The notes under the pieces: generated by a model | What the model was told of the DNA's origin: nothing | Seen by the model: the letters and a program-made list of their open reading frames with translations, nothing else | The model's database searches: none | Shown here: one piece after another, positions 24,081 through 31,679 of the stretch | Numbering within the stretch: the stretch's first letter is position 1 | Layout of the letters: each line of letters starts with the position of its first letter | From: Candidatus Saccharimonadota bacterium | GTDB lineage: Bacteria; Patescibacteriota; Saccharimonadia; Saccharimonadales; UBA4665 | Assembly (NCBI GenBank): GCA_963718045.1 | Contig: OY970350.1 | Location: 480,001 to 512,000, forward strand | Direction: 5' to 3' | Length of the DNA stretch: 32,000 nt | Program-made: the position numbers and the translations under genes

Positions 24081-24344
24081 ATGAATTCTAATTCACTCTA
24101 TAAGCGAGTCGTAGAAGCAACGGCTGTTTACATAGGCCCGTCAGCCGATCGTTTTATCAGCAAATGTATTGTTGGCCACTTAGGTAAAGCACCAGAAAGG
24201 CTTAAAAATGCTGACCTAGATAAAATTATTAAATGGATCAAGCCAGCTATTGCCCTACTTACTGATGACGAACGGACTGTAGACAGCTACATTGAAGACA
24301 TAAAAGCACTGGCTGAACCGGCAAGAAAGGCCAGGAATTCGTGA
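24081..24344 (+). CDS. Hypothetical small helical protein (87 aa), translationally coupled to the downstream histidine kinase
   Basis: GAGGAAA SD. The stop overlaps the kinase GTG start (GTGA at 24341-24344). It contains a YIGPSADRFI...LGKAPERL...DLDKII pattern. Confidence 0.6.
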   Translation: MNSNSLYKRVVEATAVYIGPSADRFISKCIVGHLGKAPERLKNADLDKIIKWIKPAIALLTDDERTVDSYIEDIKALAEPARKARNS

Positions 24345-25519
24345 ACAGCCCAAAAGAAAAGGAGCTACTGGCCACTATTGCGAAGTTGAAACAGGAGCTG
24401 GCTGTAGCCCACCGCGATCTTTTTAAGTCTGCTTCCTATTTCGCTTGTATCGGCCAAGCTGCCATTGAAACAGACGAATACGGCCGGATTGAAAAGACTA
24501 ATAAGTATTGCCGGCAAACCCTTGGTTACAGCGACAAAGAAATGTTAGGCAAAAGGTTCACCGATGTAGTTAGAGCCGTTAACGAAGATGGTTCACTAAT
24601 CGATGCACTCGACCGTCCGATAGCCAAAATCTTTCTAACTGGCCAGCCATACTCTGAGAAAATGTACTATTCAACTAAGGCTAATACGCTAATCCCGGTC
24701 GAAATGAATGTTTCACCTGTTATTTTTAAGAGCGTACCTATCGGTGCTATTTTAGTCTTCCGTGACTTAACAGATGACTACGTTAAAGAAAAGATCCAGT
24801 CAGAGTTTATTTGTATTGCCTCCCACCAGCTTAGAACACCTTTGTCGGCCATTAATACCTACGCCCAGATGTTAACTAGCGGCTTTGCCGGCAAGCTAAA
24901 CGACCAGCAGAAAAGTTTTATGAGCGTCATTGAAAGTTCAACTCATCGGATGAACGAGCTAATCCATACCCTACTTAACGTGACTAGAGTCGAAGCCGGT
25001 AATATCTCGGTTAATATTCAAACCGTAGATATTGATGATGTCTGCAAAGAAGTAGTTCGTTCTTTAAAGCATTTAGCCCGGGATAAGCACATATCTATTC
25101 GCTACTTAAATAACACCAGCTCAACCGTTAAGTCCGACCCGATATTAGTTAGCGAGGTATTATCAAACTTAGTCAGTAATGCCATTAAATATACCCCGCA
25201 AGGCGGCAGGATATCTCTTAACATTAAATCTAATGATAGATTAATATTCTCCGTAAAAGACAACGGCTACGGTATTCACGTCCGGGATAAGGACCATGTC
25301 TTTTCTAAATATTACAGGGCTAGCAGTGCTGCCGAGACTGATGAAACCGGCACTGGTGTTGGCTTATATTTAGCTCGTCAAATTGCTGAGAGACTCGAGG
25401 GTGATCTATGGTTCAGTTCGGAATTTGGCAAAGGTTCTACCTTTTACTTTTCACTGCCTCTGGTTGGTTCGGCTCGTAAGCAAGGTAAGTTTACCTTAGA
25501 ATTACCTAAGACAAGGTGA
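24341..25519 (+). CDS. Cytoplasmic PAS-domain sensor histidine kinase
   Basis: No TM segments. Coiled-coil N-terminus, PAS region (residues about 35-150), H-box SHQLRTPLSAI, N-box LSNLVSNAIKYTP, G1 VKDNGYGI, G2 GTGVGLYL. Confidence 0.9.
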   Translation: MNSPKEKELLATIAKLKQELAVAHRDLFKSASYFACIGQAAIETDEYGRIEKTNKYCRQTLGYSDKEMLGKRFTDVVRAVNEDGSLIDALDRPIAKIFLTGQPYSEKMYYSTKANTLIPVEMNVSPVIFKSVPIGAILVFRDLTDDYVKEKIQSEFICIASHQLRTPLSAINTYAQMLTSGFAGKLNDQQKSFMSVIESSTHRMNELIHTLLNVTRVEAGNISVNIQTVDIDDVCKEVVRSLKHLARDKHISIRYLNNTSSTVKSDPILVSEVLSNLVSNAIKYTPQGGRISLNIKSNDRLIFSVKDNGYGIHVRDKDHVFSKYYRASSAAETDETGTGVGLYLARQIAERLEGDLWFSSEFGKGSTFYFSLPLVGSARKQGKFTLELPKTR

Positions 25520-25580
25520 AAATTAATGCTAGACTAGTAGAGATATTATGAGAAAATAAATATGGAGGATTGCTAACCAA

Positions 25581-25949
25581 ATGGCCAACATCTTACTGGT
25601 AGAAGACGACAAAGACTTAATTGAAGCATACGCCATAGTCCTTCAGACTGCCAAGCATAAGATTAAGAAAGCCTACAACGGTAAAGAAGCACTGCTTGCT
25701 GTTAAGGAATTTTGTCCTGACCTAATTCTTCTTGATCTTTTAATGCCTATTAAATCCGGTAAAGAATTCTTAAAAGAATACAAGCAGGACAAGAAAGCCA
25801 AAGATGTTAAAGTCATTGTTTTCTCTAATCTCCAGGATTCCGATGAACTGGAAGAAGTATATAACCTGGGAGCTAACCGCTACATAATAAAGTCTTGGAC
25901 GGGACCCCACGGTCTTCTTAAGATTGTTGATGAGGTTCTAGCCGGTTAG
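25581..25949 (+). CDS. Single-domain (CheY-like) response regulator
   Basis: 122 aa with VEDD, phospho-acceptor LLDLLMP, FSNL, IIKS. GGAGGA SD upstream. Confidence 0.9.
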   Translation: MANILLVEDDKDLIEAYAIVLQTAKHKIKKAYNGKEALLAVKEFCPDLILLDLLMPIKSGKEFLKEYKQDKKAKDVKVIVFSNLQDSDELEEVYNLGANRYIIKSWTGPHGLLKIVDEVLAG

Positions 25950-26593
25950 AATTCTTGCTTTAATAGCTGGTCTAATTTATTAACGTTTATCTTATATTCT
26001 GACGGTTTGTAGGTTAATATACCTTTGCTCTTAAACTTATTAAGCTCAACTGATACTGTTTCTCTGGTTAGTCCGGTTAAGCTGGCCAAATGCTGGTGGG
26101 TAAGTTTTATGTTGATCACCAGGTTATCACCGCTGGTATTAGGCGCATAAGTATTAGCCAGATATTTTAATATATGGGCTATTTTATCGCTGGCCCGGGT
26201 ATATAGCAGAGCATTAAGTCTGGTTGAGCTGTTCTTATATTCAGATAGTGCCCTTTTAAGTTCAGAAAGCAGCAGCTCCTGGTCGCCTTTAACAAAATTA
26301 ACGTAAGAGTCTCTTGGAATGATATATATTTCGCAGTCCGATAAGGCTTCGTAATAATAAGGGCCGACTTTTTCTTCACCCCAAATCCAAAGTTTAGGGA
26401 AAGCTGAACCGCTTGTTTCCAGATCGATAAATTGTTCCTTGCCGTCATAATCGATGTTATATGTCTTGACTATGCCTTTACTTACAAGGTAAACATAGCG
26501 GGGTGATTCGCCCTGGAACAAAATTAGCTGGCCGCGCTTATATAGACGCTTCTGATACTCGGTTAGAAACACCTGCCACTTCTTATCTAACAT
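25946..26593 (-). CDS. Crp/Fnr-family transcriptional regulator
   Basis: N-terminal cNMP-binding beta-barrel and C-terminal HTH (LTHQHLASLTGLTRETVSVELNKFKSKGIL). There is no N-terminal Cys cluster, so it is not an FNR-type O2 sensor. Its 3' end overlaps the convergent response-regulator gene by 4 nt. Confidence 0.85.
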   Translation of the reverse strand: MLDKKWQVFLTEYQKRLYKRGQLILFQGESPRYVYLVSKGIVKTYNIDYDGKEQFIDLETSGSAFPKLWIWGEEKVGPYYYEALSDCEIYIIPRDSYVNFVKGDQELLLSELKRALSEYKNSSTRLNALLYTRASDKIAHILKYLANTYAPNTSGDNLVINIKLTHQHLASLTGLTRETVSVELNKFKSKGILTYKPSEYKINVNKLDQLLKQEF

Positions 26594-26599
26594 ATATAT

Positions 26600-26605
26600 A
26601 TTTTA
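26600..26605 (-). promoter_or_regulatory. -10-like hexamer TAAAAT, 6 nt upstream of the Crp-family ATG (leaderless-type)
   Basis: The minus strand reads gcTAAAAT-atatat-ATG. Confidence 0.4.
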
Positions 26606-26657
26606 GCTTAGACGGCAAATATAATATAGCGGGTTATCTAAATAACAGGTCTAAAAG

Positions 26658-26688
26658 AAAAGACCCCTTGCTAAAAAAGGGGTCTTTT
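26658..26688 (-). terminator. Rho-independent terminator (12-bp stem, 7-nt loop) following the 51-aa ORF
   Basis: AAAAGACCCCTT gctaaaa AAGGGGTCTTTT. On the minus strand the stem is followed by TTTTCTTTTAG. Confidence 0.75.
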
Positions 26689-26716
26689 AAGGGTGGCTCT
26701 TGCCGGTTTAAAAAGG

Positions 26717-26872
26717 TCAGATGCCTTTCATTTCGTTCTTAAGTGCCCGCCTCATTCTTATTTGCAAGTCTTTCGACTTCTCATCCCACTGACTGCTAAT
26801 TTCATCATATATATCATCGTAGCTTATGTCTTGGTTTTTTGTTGGTCGAGATATTATATGCTTTCTGCTCAA
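26717..26872 (-). CDS. Small hypothetical protein (51 aa, TTG start): (M)SRKHIISRPTKNQDISYDDIYDEISSQWDEKSKDLQIRMRRALKNEMKGI
   Basis: Found by hand. AAGGAG lies 7 nt before the TTG, and the terminator lies 28 nt after the stop. The two overlapping plus-strand track ORFs look spurious. Confidence 0.45.
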   Translation of the reverse strand: MSRKHIISRPTKNQDISYDDIYDEISSQWDEKSKDLQIRMRRALKNEMKGI

Positions 26873-27092
26873 GGCTTTTCTCCTTTTTAGTTACTCCTTA
26901 GCTCGCTACAGACTACACTTTCTTTTCCGCTCGATTCATAGCGTGGTTCTATTGTGGCGCTAATGCCATTTTGCCACCATAATAAATGCTACATAGATTT
27001 TGTAAAAAAATGCTGAGAAAAATTGTAATGCTTTTAACTTTTTGGGCCAGAGCTTGGTCTTTTACCTCTAGCGTTTTATTCACATAATGTGT

Positions 27093-27121
27093 TTGACATA
27101 ACCGCTTCTTTGGTAGATGAT
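27093..27121 (+). promoter_or_regulatory. Candidate promoter TTGACA - 17 nt - GATGAT for the hdeD-like gene
   Basis: Perfect -35 at 27093-27098 and a 4/6 -10 at 27116-27121. AAGGAGG SD at 27136-27142 and the ATG at 27150 follow. A short palindrome, CACAT-A-ATGTG (27081-27091), abuts the -35. Confidence 0.45.
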
Positions 27122-27149
27122 AAACTTATCAACTAAGGAGGGTGTCTCT

Positions 27150-27689
27150 ATGAGCACTGTAAGTGTAACCAAGGAAAACTGGTGGGCTTTGGTCTTAGGG
27201 GGTGTGGCAACGTTATTGTTCGGGTTAGCAGCGGTCTTTTGGCCGGGTCTAACACTGCTCGTATTACTATATCTATTTAGCTCTTATGCGCTAATTTTAG
27301 GTGTAGTTTACGTATTGGCTGGTCTTGGCGCTGTCGGTCGCAGCGATACATGGTTCCTGCCAATGGTGTTGGGCGCTTTCCAATTAGGCGTTGGGGTTTA
27401 CCTGTTGCGGCACACAGCCGTAAAGTTCAGCACTTTTATCGTGCTGATAGGCTTTACACTGATTGCTACAGGTGTATTTGAGGCAGTTAATGCCTACTAC
27501 TCCTCACACATGCCTACTAGAACTCAAGCTATTAGCTACCTGGCGGGACTTGCCGGGTTAGTAGCTGGCATTGTAATCCTGTTTGCTAAGCAGGTTCATG
27601 GTGTATCCTTCGTCTGGATTCTAGGCCTCTACGCAATCGTAGTTGGCACAATCCATTTAGCTGAGTTGTCGGCCACCGACTCTAAGTAA
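27150..27689 (+). CDS. HdeD-family / DUF308 membrane protein (179 aa from ATG 27150)
   Basis: WWALVLGGVATLLFGLAAVFWPGLTLLVLLYLFSSYALILGV is the repeated DUF308 motif. Six TM segments. The strong SD favours 27150 over 27117. Confidence 0.8.
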   Translation: MSTVSVTKENWWALVLGGVATLLFGLAAVFWPGLTLLVLLYLFSSYALILGVVYVLAGLGAVGRSDTWFLPMVLGAFQLGVGVYLLRHTAVKFSTFIVLIGFTLIATGVFEAVNAYYSSHMPTRTQAISYLAGLAGLVAGIVILFAKQVHGVSFVWILGLYAIVVGTIHLAELSATDSK

Positions 27690-27705
27690 GCTCAGGGCTT
27701 ACATT

Positions 27706-27737
27706 AAAAACAGGTAGGGTAACTCTTACCTGTTTTT
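27706..27737. terminator. Bidirectional rho-independent terminator between the convergent hdeD-like and ATPase genes
   Basis: AAAAACAGGTA gggtaactct TACCTGTTTTT: an 11-bp stem flanked by an A-run and a T-run. The T-run overlaps the ATPase stop codon. Confidence 0.75.
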
Positions 27738-29964
27738 ATGTTGCCCTCGCTTCTAAAAGCTGGCTCAGTTCAGGCTTAGACCGGCTAGCTGCATTTTTAA
27801 GACTAACGTTTTTCTTATTGGCAGGCGGGATTGTCTGGCCGCTGGTAGGAGGCGCAACTATTTCTCCGACTGACTTTAGATAAAAGTTATAGGCCGGCAG
27901 ATTAGATAGGTCAGTGGCATTAAGATAGCTGGAAAAGCTAGGCAACAGGAGGTCAGCGTCTTTAGGACTGGCCGTTCGAAAACAGATCAGGTTACCAATG
28001 TTTGCCAGAACTATATTAGTGGATAGACTGTCTTGTTGGGATGGAGATTGCTCAGCCATAGCTAGATAAAGGCCGTATTTCCTAAGTTCAGAAAGCATTT
28101 GAATCAGTACGCTCGGCGCATAGTTCTGGAACTCATCAACATATACAAAGTGATCTTTGCGGTAAGCTGCAGCTGTATCGGCCCTAGACAACGCTGCCAG
28201 TTGGATTTTAGTCAGAATGGCTGTAGCAAACAGCTTAGAACCATCTTCGCCTAATTTGCCTTTAGAGAAATTACAGATCAGTATCCTGTTACTATCCATA
28301 ACATCTCTTAGATCAAGGCTGGATTTAGTTTGGCCAAAGACCCTTTTTGTTGGCTCAGAGAATAAGAACCGGCCAATTTTTGATGTTACGCCAGAGGTCA
28401 TTTTAACTCTTTGGTATTCACCTGCACGGCCTAATTCGTTACGCCAGAAGTTAATTAAGTTAATGTCTTTAAGCTGGTTGGTTACATCTAATCTAAAGCC
28501 TGAGTCGGTTAATAATTTAAAAATGGTGAATATATTGCTGCCGGGTATCTCAAGTGCCGTACGGATGGAATTCCTAAGAATATATTCCAGTCTATGGGAA
28601 GAGACGTCTTCAACCATGAATACTTTTCTAAAGAGGCTAATAACACCTTCTGTTAGCATCTCTACTTCGTGTGTGTAATTTTCAGTGCCGGGGGCATAAT
28701 TTGTTTCAAGCAGATTAATACTTAGACTTGTCTTGGGTGAAGAAGGATCGAAGTATATAACGTCTTTTTGTCTCTTCCCTGGTATATTTCTCATAACTTC
28801 GCTAGCCAGATCACCATGCGGGTCAATAAGGGTGGCGCCTTGGCCGTTTGCTATGTCTTGGGAGATTAAGTTAGCAAGCAGCGTAGATTTACCGCTGCCT
28901 GTTGCACCTGTTATATATGTATGTCTATAGCGGGCTGATTTAGGTAAGATGATCTCCCTCATTGATCCCTGGTAAGTATTTAAGCCGATGACTATATCGC
29001 CGGGCTGCTTTTTGCTTTTAAAGCTTTTGGGAATTGGCAGTGTCTTAAAGTGCTGGGCGTCATATATACCGGATTTTAGATCCGACTTGGTGAAATTTAG
29101 CCAGGCTGCTAGATCACTTAGTGAATAAATGTCGCGGGATCCGGGGTTATTTTTTACAACCAGCTGCTGATCTCCGCAAGAACCAGTAAAGTTAGTTAGG
29201 GCTAATAGAGCTTCTTTTTTGATTTTGGTTAGACGCCTCTTACCGGCTTTAATATCTACTACTAGTCTTGTCTTAAACAGAGGTTCATAGAGTTTGTCTA
29301 GAAGCAGGACGCTTTCCTCATGGTCAACCTTTTGTCTCTGGAGTCTAGCGTGGTGCGTATTTGGTTTGGTCGACAAGTTGTTGGCTAGTAGAATGACAGC
29401 TTTTAAGGCTGAAGACAGTACGTAAAACAATAGAAAGAAGAGTTTGGCTATGTAGCCTTTTAGGGTCTTATCGTTTAGATATGGCATATAGCCATTTAAC
29501 AAACGGCGGCGGATAAAAATAGCTCTAATAGGATGAGCAGCCGCGGACGTGAGGCTTATTACTACCTGCTCGCTATTCTTTAGGCTATTAACCCTTGACA
29601 GTGTTTTAAAGAGTGCCTCATTATCTGCCTTTTTAGGGTTAAAAAACGGATAAGCAAAGTGGTTCTTAAATTTCAAGATAAGCGTGCTATCGGGTCTAGA
29701 TAAAACTACCTCAGACCTTTTTACTTCTTCAATGGTTACGCTAGGGCATACCGAGTAGATATGGTGTTTAAGGGTATCTAAGTTATCTTTTGACGAAGCC
29801 AGATAGAACTGGACGCCGCTACTCGTTTCCGATTTTATTACGAGTTTAAATTGTTTTTGAGCAGATTCGCTTAAGGCGCTAAGTACTTCTTTGGCATCTT
29901 CAATACTAAGCTCACCGTCTATGGCTAGTTTAAGTCTGAGGTAGGCAAAAGAGTCCGCTTCCAT
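27736..29964 (-). CDS. TraD/VirD4/HerA-FtsK-superfamily P-loop NTPase (type IV secretion DNA-binding-domain-like), with a novel roughly 165-aa N-terminal domain and a single TM helix
   Basis: Walker A YITGATGSGKSTLLANL followed by LIDPHGD. Walker B HFVYVDEFQNY. One hydrophobic helix, GYIAKLFFLLFYVLSSALKAVILLANNL, at about residue 170. Confidence 0.75.
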   Translation of the reverse strand: MEADSFAYLRLKLAIDGELSIEDAKEVLSALSESAQKQFKLVIKSETSSGVQFYLASSKDNLDTLKHHIYSVCPSVTIEEVKRSEVVLSRPDSTLILKFKNHFAYPFFNPKKADNEALFKTLSRVNSLKNSEQVVISLTSAAAHPIRAIFIRRRLLNGYMPYLNDKTLKGYIAKLFFLLFYVLSSALKAVILLANNLSTKPNTHHARLQRQKVDHEESVLLLDKLYEPLFKTRLVVDIKAGKRRLTKIKKEALLALTNFTGSCGDQQLVVKNNPGSRDIYSLSDLAAWLNFTKSDLKSGIYDAQHFKTLPIPKSFKSKKQPGDIVIGLNTYQGSMREIILPKSARYRHTYITGATGSGKSTLLANLISQDIANGQGATLIDPHGDLASEVMRNIPGKRQKDVIYFDPSSPKTSLSINLLETNYAPGTENYTHEVEMLTEGVISLFRKVFMVEDVSSHRLEYILRNSIRTALEIPGSNIFTIFKLLTDSGFRLDVTNQLKDINLINFWRNELGRAGEYQRVKMTSGVTSKIGRFLFSEPTKRVFGQTKSSLDLRDVMDSNRILICNFSKGKLGEDGSKLFATAILTKIQLAALSRADTAAAYRKDHFVYVDEFQNYAPSVLIQMLSELRKYGLYLAMAEQSPSQQDSLSTNIVLANIGNLICFRTASPKDADLLLPSFSSYLNATDLSNLPAYNFYLKSVGEIVAPPTSGQTIPPANKKNVSLKNAASRSKPELSQLLEARAT

Positions 29965-30108
29965 CTAAACCCAATATCTTTATAACTGCTACTATATGCC
30001 GGCTGAGACTAATAGGGAATAAGAAATTTAATAATTTTTAAGTGTTTATCATATGCGAGTATCCAACCATAGAGACCCGGTAGTCTTAAGTAAGCGTTCT
30101 TTAATTAT

Positions 30109-31539
30109 CTAGTTATAGTCAGTTACTCCAAAGTCCCGGTTATGATACTTCCCTCTTATCTTATTCATCGCTTTATGTTCGATTTGCCTGACTCGGTCGG
30201 CAGTAAGGCCGAATAGTTCACCAAGCTCTTCTAGAATTAATCCGTCCGCTGAAGAAAATCTGGACATTATATCACTATATGAAAGTTTCCCGTGGTGGGG
30301 AATATCGAAAACAACTCCTTCAAAAGCCTCAATGGGAATAGCGTATCTAAGACATAAGACAATTTTTTCGTGATCAGTCAAATTAAGATCGGGATCGGCT
30401 AACATTTTATTAATTAAGTCTCGATCGGCAATTTGACCTATCGCAGAGTCAGGGGGCTCACTTAATCGGTCGGCAGTTATTGTATCTAAATATGTGATTC
30501 CACCTTCAGCTATGGGTTCATCTAGTGAGGCTATGTTATCCGGACCAAAGCACTGTAGCAGCATGATATCATATTGTTTAATTCCCATAGCATCAGATAA
30601 TTCTTTGGTGGTTGGATTACCCCCAAGCTCGGTTTTTATGTTTAATAATTGTCGGTATTGTTCATGCCTATGAGCTGGTATACGAATCGCCCTATTTTTA
30701 TCAGCTATAGCTCGCGTAATCGATTGACGTACCCAGTTAATAGCATACGTAGAAAACTGGTTACCACGCTCTACTTCAAAACGAGAAATTGCTTTAAACA
30801 AGCCTATATTGCCCTCTTGCACTAAATCTTGAAATGTCATGGCTCCTTTTCCTGGATATTGCTTGGCTACATGCACCACAAGCCTAAGGTTCGACAAATA
30901 AATAGTACGATGGGCAATTGTACCATCGATAAGCACCTGTTCATCATCGGGAGATATTCCACTGGTACTATCTAAACTTTTCAATAAATCGATCGCTTGA
31001 TCTAAAGATTTAAATAATAACTTCAGTTCTTCAAAGTCAATCAAACCATATTGTCCCATTTCCATTAAGTAGTGAGACGCTGACTCAGTCGAATCGGTAG
31101 TGGCCGTACCTTTTTTAAGTTCTTCGACTTCCTTAATTACACTAGGATGATTGCCGTATAGGTGTAACAGACGAACAAAGGGCAAATCCCTCTCGTGTAT
31201 CCCAGCGTCTTTTTCATATCCGAGGGTGTCGGGTTTCTTTGCACCAAGGTCTGTTACGGTGGGTTTTAATGGCGTTTCGGCTTCGGATATCTGTCTGTCT
31301 GTAGCAGGTTTAACGCCATTAGCTGGTACGCGGGAGAGGCCTGATAAAGCCAGCAAGCCTTCGCTATTTTGTTCCCGTTCAGCATTTTCTACAGATAACC
31401 CTGAGGGGTCCAGCAACAGATCGGTAGTCTCTAGTCCCACTGCCTGCGCAACGTGATCAAAGATACTATGAATTTCGCCAGGCCTTTCTCCGTCGGGCAA
31501 AACAATAGTACTAGGTAATTTATTTCCATACTCTGACAT
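30109..31539 (-). CDS. Sigma-70 family RNA polymerase sigma factor (RpoD-like domain order) with a long non-conserved N-terminus and an insertion in region 4
   Basis: Region 1.2 YLMEMGQYGLIDFEE. Region 2: NLRLVVHVAKQY...FQDLVQEGNIGLFKAISRFEVERGNQFSTYAINWVRQSITRAIAD. Region 3 IRIPAHRHEQYRQL. Region 4.2 LEELGELFGLTADRVRQIEHKAMNKIR. Confidence 0.9.
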   Translation of the reverse strand: MSEYGNKLPSTIVLPDGERPGEIHSIFDHVAQAVGLETTDLLLDPSGLSVENAEREQNSEGLLALSGLSRVPANGVKPATDRQISEAETPLKPTVTDLGAKKPDTLGYEKDAGIHERDLPFVRLLHLYGNHPSVIKEVEELKKGTATTDSTESASHYLMEMGQYGLIDFEELKLLFKSLDQAIDLLKSLDSTSGISPDDEQVLIDGTIAHRTIYLSNLRLVVHVAKQYPGKGAMTFQDLVQEGNIGLFKAISRFEVERGNQFSTYAINWVRQSITRAIADKNRAIRIPAHRHEQYRQLLNIKTELGGNPTTKELSDAMGIKQYDIMLLQCFGPDNIASLDEPIAEGGITYLDTITADRLSEPPDSAIGQIADRDLINKMLADPDLNLTDHEKIVLCLRYAIPIEAFEGVVFDIPHHGKLSYSDIMSRFSSADGLILEELGELFGLTADRVRQIEHKAMNKIRGKYHNRDFGVTDYN

Positions 31540-31679
31540 TAATTAATTATTATTGCAGGATTTCGATACATTTACAAGGACTTAACACTTTAAATGTTGT
31601 GCTTTTACCCATAATATCGCTCTTGTCTTTTTGATATTCTCGGCAATTACCCTAGGTAATTTGACGATTAGGGCTTACC

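Noticed and set aside
23963-24091. 42-codon ORF (MKKQALLYNYLVSAVQCATSAFLESTSKSKKLFRGLRKYNEF) overlapping the start of the 87-aa gene
   Set aside because: Its SD is weak. It overlaps the SD and start codon of the better-supported 24081 ORF. It could still be a uORF, but the evidence is insufficient.
26503-26890. Two plus-strand track ORFs (26503-26742 and 26693-26890)
   Set aside because: The first runs through the Crp-family start region and across a terminator hairpin. The second is antisense to the SD-preceded 51-aa ORF. Neither has translation signals.
28217-28930. Antisense ORFs (153 aa and 65 aa) inside the ATPase gene
   Set aside because: They have no motifs and no start signals. The sense frame has Walker A and B motifs.
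27736-31539. The TraD-like ATPase region as an integrative conjugative or mobilisable element
   Set aside because: The window contains no integrase, relaxase, VirB4/VirB6, replication gene, tRNA target or flanking direct repeats. The neighbours are a sigma factor and a membrane protein.
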